Assembly (NCBI RefSeq): GCF_032062105.1
Contig: NW_026935306.1
Span: forward strand, 1 to 64,000
Direction of reading: 5' to 3'
Source: Saccostrea cucullata
Taxonomy: Eukaryota
DNA: 64,000 nt
The position numbers and the translations under genes were made by a program. Each line of letters opens with the position of its first letter. The first letter of the stretch is position 1. Below, in pieces: positions 27,401-39,400 of this stretch. The notes under the pieces were generated by a model, which ran no database searches, had not been told where the DNA came from, and worked only from the letters and a program-made list of their open reading frames with translations.

Positions 27401-30400
27401 TATGATATAAAGAAGCATTCAAGACAAGATTAAGAAGATTACCACATTAGGTAAAACTTTGTGATACCAGTACCTAGATTCACTCTGAGTAAGCTAGGAA
27501 GAGAGCTTGTGGTAGCATCTGGTGTAATAGCTGGATGTTCAGGAGACCTTGTAGTACCATTGGTCGATGTTGCTAAATGTGCTAAAGACGAATGTGTGCT
27601 ATCATCAGTCGCTGTGTCTGGATGCTCAGGAGAAGAAGATGCTTGAAATTCTGGAAACATATTTATTATGTCTGAATACTGTGTAGATAAATGGTTTGTG
27701 CTTAAAGGTCCTCCACACACACACAGCTTATGTTCTCATATTATTGCGCATTACTTCTAATCCAGGCATAGCATAATTCAAGCATAGCAACCTTAAAAAA
27801 CGGTCCAGGGATTGAAATGTAATTGATACTGATTTTTTAAGATAATATTTTCAGAAGTTTTAACAAATTTTTCCCAATGCGTTTTCATACCTAGCACAAC
27901 AAATTTTGTCCTACCATTTCGTTTATTTTTTAGTTCTCAGAATAACCATTAAAACTTAATTTTACCGATCAACATTTTTCACAGAAATTTATTTCATTTT
28001 TAAAAAGTACATTAAACTCATTTCCTTTAAGATACATCTCGAGAAAAATCAATAAAGACTCCTCATTCAGTCGCATTGTCTGAACTTTTTTAGTGATTTT
28101 TTTCCCTTAGTTTTTCACTGACATATTTCAGAAGTACATTTATCTGAACACCGACATGTGATCTGTGACTTAATTCTGCCCTTACGCTTGCGTTAATATT
28201 TAATTCGAATTAGCTTAGCTTGGCGTTTACACGGAGTTAATGCTAAGAAAAATTTATAGCTCTGTAAATTAATTCGAATTAAACTTATTCGTATACAATT
28301 CCCCGTTTGAACGCGGTTCAAATTTTATTGATATTATCAGTGGTTCGAGCGACGGACAATAATACGGGTATCTAAATTAAGAACTTGTTTACAAACTCTG
28401 GGAAATTGGATACTGTAAGTGAGCGTCCTCATTTGACGGACAATTAGTTTTTACGATGTGTTGTTCTCGAACATGTCGAACATTGACACTTTTCAATCAG
28501 ATTTTGCGCAGAGCTGCAGTCATCTATTTAACTGAAGAAGATGTTAATGTAAATAGTGGACGCCATTGCCATATACTTTTAGGGGATGTGAGACAGAACT
28601 TCAGTGATGGGCGGACTATATTAATATTGATGAAATGACACTCTAACCCAGTAATGCTGTTACCAAATATGTGATCCCTATGATGCAGCTTCTTGTACAA
28701 AAGATGTGCGCACCGAGTATCAATAGCTTTTAACATCTTAGGTCCGAGACGGACTACAAGAGTCTTTACGAACTTAGCTTTGAATCCTTTGTGATAGAAT
28801 GACTATGTGAGCTTTCACCATCTTGGCTCTGAGATCTTTGTAATTGAATTTGTTTTTGCCTTTGCTGTGACTTTACAATGAAACGATAAACTTGCAAAAG
28901 TCTTCTTAATCCAATAGCTAATTGTGTTATAATTAGACGTTCATGAGTATGTATACAGGGAAATCATTATTCCTATTTCTTACTTTACATTTTATCATAT
29001 TTATCTTTTTCTTACCAATTAATGGCGTCAGCTTTGTAGTTGTTCTAACGTCCTGGACTAGACTTTGTGAATCTAAGGAAATAAGGTAATCTCAAAAAGG
29101 CATAATATGAATTTTTGTTACATTTGTTATTATTTTTACAAATTAAAATGAGAGTACATTAGTTTTTCGATATACCAGCTTAATTGCATTTACATGTAAT
29201 TATTAGAAACATACGAAGATTATCGCATAAAAATGAAAACAAGATTTATCCGAATTTCCATAAGATTGAATATATTTTCTAAAGTCTGTCATACAAAAAA
29301 ATGAACTATTACGGTTCACTAGATCTTCAGATTCCGATCACCTCATTACAGGTATAATTGAATTTTACAAGGTATTTAGAATTGTTTTTCGAAGTTCAGG
29401 TTTGTTATTGTCTAGCTTGCAGTCGAAATGTTATTGAAATATGTATTTTTGTATATTAATTAATTAAAAGAAATACCTTTTCCAACTGCACTAAATTCAG
29501 ATATTTTTGCTTCACCTGAAAATGCAAATATATGTAGGCTAATTCATACGTATTAAGGCTATTCCTGCATTTTTCATAACATTAAGCCCTTATGGGAAAC
29601 AAATTATCTCTCTTCATAATAAGCAAATAATTCAATCTGATTTTTCTTGAAAAAGAAACTAAATTAATGAAAAAAAACTATTTATCTTTTTAAATAAAAA
29701 ACATTTATTATTCACATTCTGTTATTTAAATTGTACACTTAAAACTGAACACGACTCGTAAATATACATTCGCCATTTTCGAACCATTATCTACGATACG
29801 TACATCAACACCAAGGTACAGTGTATATACTCATTGTATTTGTTACAACTGACTGTTTTATTGTCACAGGTACATGTATCGGCGTGGTATGGCAACCCGT
29901 ATTTTTGCTTGTTATCTTGAACTGCCTTTGTTTGTGTTTGTTTGAATACTGCACTGACCTATGCAACTGTTGTAAGTGTATTTGGTATCTTGCTTTCCTA
30001 GATTGGAAAAAGTATGCGTTTTCACCGCTACATAGTATTATATAGCATACGGCAGTGACAGTTCATCTCAAAGAACAGTGACTAAGTGATCTATTCTACT
30101 TTTAGATGTCTGTAGATATTGCAAGAGCTCCAACAAATATGTCGGACATTTTTTTTACGATTTATGTTCAGCTTTAAGCTTTTTTCGAAGTGTCATGAGG
30201 ATGTCTTTAAAAGAGTTCTTTTAAATGTACAAGATGTAATATGGAAAAGGGGATGTATTATTCTGCACTTATTCACAAATTCAAAGAACTTTATAAAATA
30301 CAAAATCATGAAATATTCAATTGATTCGTTTTGAAAAAAAAACTAAGTAGCTTTTAGTAAAACTTAAAAAAAATGAATACACTTACATCTTTTGAAAAGA

Positions 30401-33400
30401 GCATGGTACGTTGGTGGTAAATAATAAACAAACAGCTGTGCTGTAGAAGCTTTATCCTCGGTCAAACAAGTAGAATTGTTTTCATCAATGATTTTGGAAA
30501 CCATACAATTTGCTACAAGCTGAAAATTACTAAAAAAAAAAAGAAAAAGATTTTTCAGTAAGCAATTTATTGTTGTCATAATAACGAGTTTAATTGCATC
30601 TTTCCGAATGTGTGGGATTACATAATGTGAAGTCATTAGAAATAGTTTAAATTCAAAAAATCGTGGTTTGTGGGGATTTGAAGAACTGTTGAGTAGATAT
30701 GCATGTCACATTTTACATTTCGTGTTGGACATGGATTCGTGGGTCTCTTCAAACCTAGAAAACAACAAACATTACACCCCCACAAAAATTTGTGATTTCA
30801 CAGTAGAAAGAAAGGTCGGACTCCACAACGAGAATGATTTCGAAGGATGAGACAGTTTCTACCGTGTTTCTTTTTTTCTTTTTTTTAGTTTTTGACTATA
30901 TTGATTTCTACTTATTCTGAGATCTCACATGGATCAATTACTTACTCTGCGACTTTAGAATGAACTCTCTAACAACTGCAAGACAGAAGATTGCTCAAAT
31001 TCACATTTTTTTAAATATTCGTATGATGAAGTTCTAACATTTTTAGAGCACATTCAAAGCAGTTACTATTTTCTGCGTGACAAATAGTATAAATCTTTTT
31101 AACAGAAAGAATTAAATATATATATATATATATATATATTCATTTCACTCTTTTTTATAAAGAGGGACGTTAAACAATATACAATCAATCAATCAATCAA
31201 TCATTTCATTCTTAAAGAATACATTGTAATATTTATTAATATATTAAAACTAAAAATTTTGTGGAAGAAATACTTGGTACCGAATAAAAGTGTAAAGCAA
31301 TGTATCTGTATTCATCATTTGCTTTTTCTACATCTGAAGACAAAGAAGTGACAACAAGAAAAAATCTTGATTTTGAATGGTGCTCATGAATTTTATTGCT
31401 GACAAACTTTTAAAAATCAGTCTTATTTGCAGGGGAATTTGATGACAGAAGTATTTTTCCTCATTTGGTCAATGCACTGTGTGTCAAGAAAGGTACGACT
31501 TTAACATGGAAGAAGACAACAGAATTTTGTGTATCTCATATTTCTTACATTAAAGCATTAAAGAGTTAATAACAGTATCTTATTGCAGTTATGTTTCGGG
31601 ATAAAACTTTACTTTTTATGGATTTAAGCAAAAATCATAGCTTGTCAACATAATTATTTACCGACACGGTGCTTCTGAAGTTGATTTTCTTACTTCGAAG
31701 TGTTCGAGAGCAAGGGATTCCATACTTCCTCAGTCTTTTAAAATATAGTCCCTTGCATGGAGATTGAACACCTTTAACAGTAAAATAAGATTAAAAATGA
31801 CTGCATCCAATCATGCGATACGGTCGTCTATTTTCACAAAAATTAAACGATTTTCTTTTTGCATAAAAAGACATTACCATATAAGGTCTATAAGATAATA
31901 TTACCAAATTGACACAAATAGTTTAACAAAAATGGATTTTGGCTAATCCGAATGTTCTCTATTTTTCCTGAATTTTTAGCATATTTATAAGTTATTTTAT
32001 ATTCGCCCTATATTTATTTTTTTTTTATTATTATCATTGTTTTGACCGTTTAATAAGAGAGTAAAAACACTTTCTACGGATTTTTAGCCCATATCTGTCC
32101 TTAGATTGGAAGCTTTTAAAAGCTAACATAATTGCAATCTGTTTGGAAAAACATAACTTTAGTCCCTTATTATTAATTTAGCTAACATTTGAAAAATTCT
32201 TCAAGTCATTGATTGTGTAAAAGATATAACTAAATTCATTTTTTATAATAATTTTGAGAGACAAAAAAGGGATTTCTTTTAACCATGATTCCATTGCAAC
32301 CATGAACCAATTTTGTTTTTAAATTTCGCATTCATTATTATTAGTTCAAGGGAAAACTGTCTCTGGAAAAACATTGAATTCTTAGAACTCTCATATATCA
32401 ACTACTATCATATCTCGCATGGTTTTTACGCAGATCTGTACGTAAATACTCCTTTTTAATATAAATAAAAAAAGAAAAAAATTCAACTTTTGCGATTAAT
32501 ACAAATGAAATGTAACCAGAATATCGACAATCTTCCCTTAAACCGTTATTTGTATCTTCTCGACTTCTCTTAAGAATGTTTATCTAATTTGTTTATTTGT
32601 TCAATTAAATTTTAACATCTCTCTAAAGATTTTACAATCATATTCATAATTGAAGCGCTACCACTTTCCGGTGGACAACTGCACGTTTTATATACTCGGC
32701 ACTAACGACTGTAGAGCATTTCTGAGAGGGATCTTTTTCAAGCCAGGACCTTCGGCGACACGGGACCTTAATTTATACGGTATCATCCGAAAGACCGCTT
32801 TCTATGTCCAACAGCGAGATCTGAACATAATTAAAATGTTGTGAAAATTCTTCATTTTTTCATAATGCAATGAAAACAGTTACGTGAAAAAAGTCGGTTT
32901 CGATGAATTATGCATCATGATGGCTCTGATATCAAAAGGCTGTCGTAACTCATTTATCAATAGAACTTGGTATTTTTAAGATTTTTTTTTTACTTTTAAT
33001 GGATTTGATGTGTTTTCTCGATTGAACGTTCCGATACCATCTTTTTTTTCAAAAAGATTGATTGATTGATTGTATGTTGTTTAACGTCCCTGTCGAGAAT
33101 TTTCATTCATATTGAGAAGCCACCACTTGCCGATGGAAAGCTTCGAGTTTTGTCCTATGCTCGGCACTTAGGGCTATTGAGCAGGGAAAGATCTTTTTTC
33201 GTGCCAGCACCTACCTGGACACGGGACCTCCGAACCCAACAGTATAGTTGGGGCAACAAAAATTTGAAAGTGTCTGCCTATGAATGTGCAAACACGGGTA
33301 CCTGATCACGCACCGTTTAGTTTTCTTCATTTTCAACTACCGGTATCAATAACTATAAAATGGTTAATTAAATATATTGAATCAGGACGAAATAAAAAGT

Positions 33401-36400
33401 ATGTACATGTAGATTGCCTAATTTTATTTTTGGTCGCCGGTTCCGTTTATTTTTGTAAGCGTGTTTAATTTGTGCAAATGTATGTCAATGAGGTGTTTGC
33501 TCATGTGTGTTTGTGTTTATGCAGTAAAAATAAATAACTTACACTGAGAGATTGACCTTCCCATTAACCTTTCAATAGTATTCTGATTTTGGAGAGCGAT
33601 AGATTTCAGCCGTATTCCAGAACATGATATTCCTGAAGACTTTACAATACCATTCCCTAAGCATTGAACTATTTTCCATACCCGTCTAAATAAAATATAC
33701 ATCACGTTAAATAATTTTTTTTAAGATTAACAAAAATGTCAACTATTGAGAAAATCCATCTTACTTGCAGAATTTATCACCAGTTTGGTCAGAAGAGAGG
33801 CACTTCGATGTTAATCTCGGGTTGTAAAATGATTGGTTAAGACATGGCGATTCTGAAACGAATGTGGGGAAATGTATGCAATGAAAAATCAAGCGAACGA
33901 AAGCTGGCTTAAATTCTTATTTTTAAGGTCTTCCGCTCAGGCGGAAGACCTTCTACTGATTCTGATGGTTAAGATTATTCCTATTATTCTTTTTTTTTTC
34001 CTAGACGCCAACTTTGAGACCTCGTAACTCGCTCATTTCTTAACGGATTTCGCTCAAATTTTCAGAGTTTTTGGACGTTACAAAACTCAATTTAAATGTT
34101 TTCATACATTTCAAAAATTCCCTTCCGCATTTGAGTTATTTCCCTTTAATTGAAAATTTGGTGCTGTTTGTTTCCAGACAAAGGCTCAGAAACGACAAAA
34201 GCTGGAGCAGAATGTCTACTGCATTTAAATACTAGAAGAATTGAAGTTGTGCACATCGGTTTTTCTTTTTCGATTTCTGCGCTCAAAACGGTGCTAGATA
34301 GGGGTCAAAAATAATGTGGCGGAGTCATATTTATTTAAAATAATTTTTTTTTATCTTTATTGAATAACTTAGTGAGCCATAATTTACTATATGCCATATT
34401 TGATAGTAGTCTCCATTCATGAATTCTACTCACAAAATCTCATTGGCCAGTAAATTTGTACCCCCTTGTTTAACCGGTTTTTCTGCTATATAAACTGAGG
34501 CATGGGCCCATCCCTGTCAGTGCGGGAAATTTAACTTACTTATTACCAGCTGCCCGTTGTCACCACTTGAAAGGTAATTTTCTTAGTCTATTAAATTTTT
34601 GCATTTTATTTATTAAGTCCAAGTTATAAGCTCAAGTGTTTTTCATATTTTTGAGAGAAAGGTATTTTAAACTATGATTTTGACGTTTTTGGGCTTAGTA
34701 AACTTAAATTTTCTTATTTTTGAAGTGAATAGGAAATAAAAGTATTTTGTCTCAGTGTCTATGTGTATTATGATATTGTATATATGTTTTTGTATTTGTA
34801 GATCTGCCATTGCTTTTTCATTTCCAAATAAATTTATTAAACTGAACCTGCGTTTTCCATTCCCGCTTGGTTATATTTGGCGTCGCCGGGAACTAAAGCA
34901 ATGGCTAGTGGTGACAACGGAGAATTACATGTAAGATTCCAACAACGTGAGTAGAACTTCAAATTCCATTACATCAATGAAACATCGTGGGAAAGGAATG
35001 TTTACTCGAGCGTAAACTACCCGTACTGATAGTGAATACCATTCTCGGCTGTTACAATGGCGAGTCATCCAACTGTAAAGTCGTTACAGAAAGAAATCAA
35101 AGGTCTGCAGAATCAACTTAGTGAAATGGGCTGGAAAACAAATTACGAACCAAAAGAACCATAAACTGTTTATGTGCAGCTAGATTGCACTGTTCCGAAA
35201 TTCACCGGCAATAACATGGATATAGAGGACTGGATAGAAAATGTTCAATATGCAGCACGTGGTATGACTAAAGAAGAAGGGGCGGATCTAATTTACCAAA
35301 ATCTATCTGGAAATGCGCGAGACGAAATCAAGTATTTGTCAGGTGATGTACGAAAAGACCCTCTACATATGGTTAAAATTTTGCGGGATGTATTCGGTGA
35401 TAGAGACAGTGCTATTAAATTACAGAAGAAATTTCTTGACAGAAAACAGAATGAAACTGAAACACTGCGTCAATATTCTTACGGTCTGATGGATATCATT
35501 AGAAGAATTACTCGGAAAGACTCGTCAGTTTTCGGAAACCAAGATAGAACATTGTGTGAACATTTTTCAGAAAATGTCAGAGACCAGTATCTACGGAAAC
35601 ATCTAAAACGTTTTCTGCGCACGCAACCGGATATCACGTTTAGGGAACTTAGAGAAGAGGCTATACTCTGGTCAGAAGAAGATGAACATGGCGAAGTCTC
35701 GTTTCAAGAATCACTGGAGAAGAAATCAATTGAACAAAACCGGGAGTCCGAGAGTGAAAAGAAAACGGAAGTATCGACAGAAAAAATAACGAAGCAAACG
35801 GAAAGTGAAAGTGAAAAGAAAATCAAAGAACTTACCGACGCATTGAAGAAACAATCGTGTCAGATAGAAAATTTAACAAAAGTTGTCAATTCCAAACAAA
35901 AATACTACGACAACAACTGGTATTATTATGATCGACCACTTACCATGCTTACATGTTACCGATGCAAAAAGCAGGGACACAAAGCTAATGAATGCCCAAC
36001 AAAACCGGATTCTACAAATTCTGAACAGGAAAACAAAAGCCCTTCGTAATGCCGAGTCCCGTTATAGAGGGAAGTGAAACGGACTCATGGAAAATGAACA
36101 CACGTTTAGTTGGTAAATGTCCTTCAGTATTTGTGACAATGAATGGTGTTAGTGTTAATTGTTTAGTTGATACTGGATCATCAGTTTCTACAGTGACAGA
36201 ATCATTTTATGAGAAACATCTGAAGTCAGCAACGAAATTAAATACAGACATTGTGTTTTCTTTGAAAGCATCTAACGGACTTTCCATACCGTTTATTGGA
36301 TACATCGAGGTCAACATTGAGGTCATGGGTCAACAGTTACAGCAAGTGGGTGTGTTAGTTGTGAAAAATTCCGTTGATTTAGAAACACGTTAGCGTAAGG

Positions 36401-39400
36401 AAAACATTCCGGCCATTCTGGGAATGAACACGATTTCACTGTGTAAGAGTCTATTAGAAACGCAACACGGAGCAGAGTACACAGAAAAAGTTGAAGAAAT
36501 TTCAGCAAATTACAAATTAAAAAAACAATTCAAAGCATGTGACAGAAATCTTAAACGTGATGTCATAGGATATGTTAAAGTCTGTGCAAAGTCTCCAGTA
36601 CGCATTCCGGGAAAATCTGTCACTGTCACTCAATGGTACAGCACCAAAGATGCCAAGACTGCATGAAGCCATGGTAGAACCGTTAACATCTACTCAGCAT
36701 TTGTCATCAAACATTATCGTTGTCCGGACTCTTAGTAAAGTGAACCGTGGATTTCTATGCTTTCGTATCGCAAATATTGGTACTGACGATGTGTGGTTAG
36801 CACCCAGAACAAGAGTTGCCGTCCTTGTCAATGGCGATGTACTTGAAAATTCATCTAACATCGAATTCACTAGAAAAGGAAATACTGAAGAGATTTTTGT
36901 TCAACAAGAATTTATGTGCAGTGAAACCACAAATTCAGAGGAAGTGACAAGTGATTTCAAAATTCCACCGGAAATGGAAAAGTTGAATTTAGATCCTACA
37001 CAGATGAAAGAAATTCGCAACCTTTTCTACCGAAATCAAGATGTATTCTCTCAAAATGATGATGACATAGGATATACTACAGCCATAAAACATACTATTC
37101 GGACAACAGACGATCAGCCTATAGTGCAACCTTACAGACGAATACCCCCATCACAATATGAGGAAGTGAAATCACATATTCGTAAATTGTTGAACAACAA
37201 TATTATAAGGGAGAGTACTAGTCCATACGCATCACCGATTGTGTTAGTCAGAAAGAAAGATAATTCGCTCTGCTTATGTGTGGACTACCGTAAACTTAAC
37301 AGCAAAACTCACAAAGATGCCTATCCACTACCCAGAGTAAAAGAATCATTTGATGCTCTATGTGGTGCAAAATTTTTCTCGACAATGGATCTTACCTGTG
37401 GCTATAACCAAGTAGCTGTCCATGAAGATGATATCGAAAAAACGGCATTCACAACGCCAATGGGTCTGTATGAATATCTTCGTATGCCGTTTGGTTTGTG
37501 CAACGCCCCTGCGACGTTTCAGAGGTTAATGCAACACTGCTTCAGGGATGAGATATTTAACATTTTACTTGTGTTTTTGGATGATATTATCGTTTATTCA
37601 GAAGACATTCCAGAACATTTGAAGCGATTAGAGACAGTGATTAGAATCATCCGGAAACATGGATTAAAGTTGAAAATGTCAAAGTGCAATTTTTTTCAAA
37701 GTGAAGTTCGTTATCTCGGACATGTCATATCCTCCGAGGGAATCAAAACTGACCCAGAAAAAATAAGTGCCGTACAAAATTTTGAAAAACCGACAACTGT
37801 GAAAAAACTTAAGTCATTTCTTGGATTAGCGGGGTACTATAGACGTTTTGTGAAAGGATTTAGTAATATAGCATCGCCATTACACAAGTTGTCCCAGCAG
37901 TTTACACCTTATCCAAGGAAACCGTTTGGAAATAAATGGAATTCTCAGTGTGACGATGCGTTTACAACATTGAAAAAGCTTCTTGTGAGTTCTCCTATCT
38001 TAGCTTATGCAGATTTCCAAAAGCCGTTTATTCTTGAAACAGACGCTAGTATGTTAGGATTAGGAGCCATTCTATCGCAAATCAAAGACGGAAAACAACA
38101 TGTCATCGCCTATGCTAGCAGATCCTTGAGACCAAGTGAAAGGAACATGCAAAATTATAGTTCTCGAAAACTGGAATTACTATCATTAACCTGGGCAAAG
38201 ATTACTTATTGGGATCAAAATTCACAGTGTTCACTGATAACAACCCGTTGTGTCATCTTAACACATCAAAACTCAGTGCAATTGAACAACGCTGGATTTC
38301 AAAGTTGGCTATGTTTAACTTTGATGTGAAATTCCGACCAGGCCGCCATAACGAAAACGCAGATGCTCTTTCACGTATCAGTGATCCTGATGATTCATCG
38401 CGGCAAAGTGATTTAGAGATTCTACTAGAGAAGTTCTCCGATTCTACGAAACTACCCTCGGATCTACAGAAACAAAGTACCTCAAGTGTAATTGTGAATG
38501 AAGTTTACGACACTTTTCCATCTCTTAAACCAGATGAAATACAGTCTCTTCAGTCAGCTGATTCAAACTTAGCAACATTTCTGAAGATTTTCAATAAAGG
38601 ATCTAAACCAACGAAAACAGAAATCAGAAAATTACCAAGATCTGTGATTACATTAGTAAGACAGTGGGATAAAATTGTAGTTGTGAAAGGAATTCTTTAC
38701 AGAGTGGTAACAGATCCTACATTAGGAGATTTAAAACAACTTATTCTTCCCAGATCATTACGTGAAAAAGTGTTATTCAGTTGTCATGACAACTTGGGCC
38801 ATCAAGGGATAGAGCGCACATTTTCTGCTGTTCGTTCAAGATGTTATTGGCCTGGAATATTCAATTCTGTGAAGGATTATTGTAAGCGTTGTGAACGTTG
38901 TGTAATTTCCAAGATGCCTCAACCAGCTATACGCACTACAATGAGCCATCTCATCGCATCTAGACCTCTGCAAATTCTAGCAATCGATTTTACTGTTTTG
39001 GAACCAGCGCATGGAAAAGAAAACGTTCTTGTGATGACTGATGTCTTTACAAAATTTACGCAAGCTGTTCCAACAAAGGACCAGAAAGCAGATACCGTTG
39101 CGAATGTTCTTTTAAACGAATGGTTTTTCAAGTATGGTGTTCCCGATCGTATTCATTCGGATCAAGGCCGAAATTTTGAAGCAAATATCATTGCTCAACT
39201 GTGTAGGATGTATGGAATTACACGATCTCGAACCACACCTTACCACCCAGAAGGAAACGCCCAGTGCGAAAGATTTAATAGAACCCTACACAACTTATTG
39301 AAGAGTCTTACACCTGACCGAAAGCGACATTGGCCAAAACATCTGCCCGAATTACTATTTTCCTACAACGCAACACAGAATTCAACAACCGGATACAGCC

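Noticed and set aside
29805-29998. Extra minus-strand exon (ag|GAAAGC..)
   Set aside because: The phase-1 frame needed hits a stop; no counterpart in unit 2; exon 6 joins the 39-nt exon cleanly
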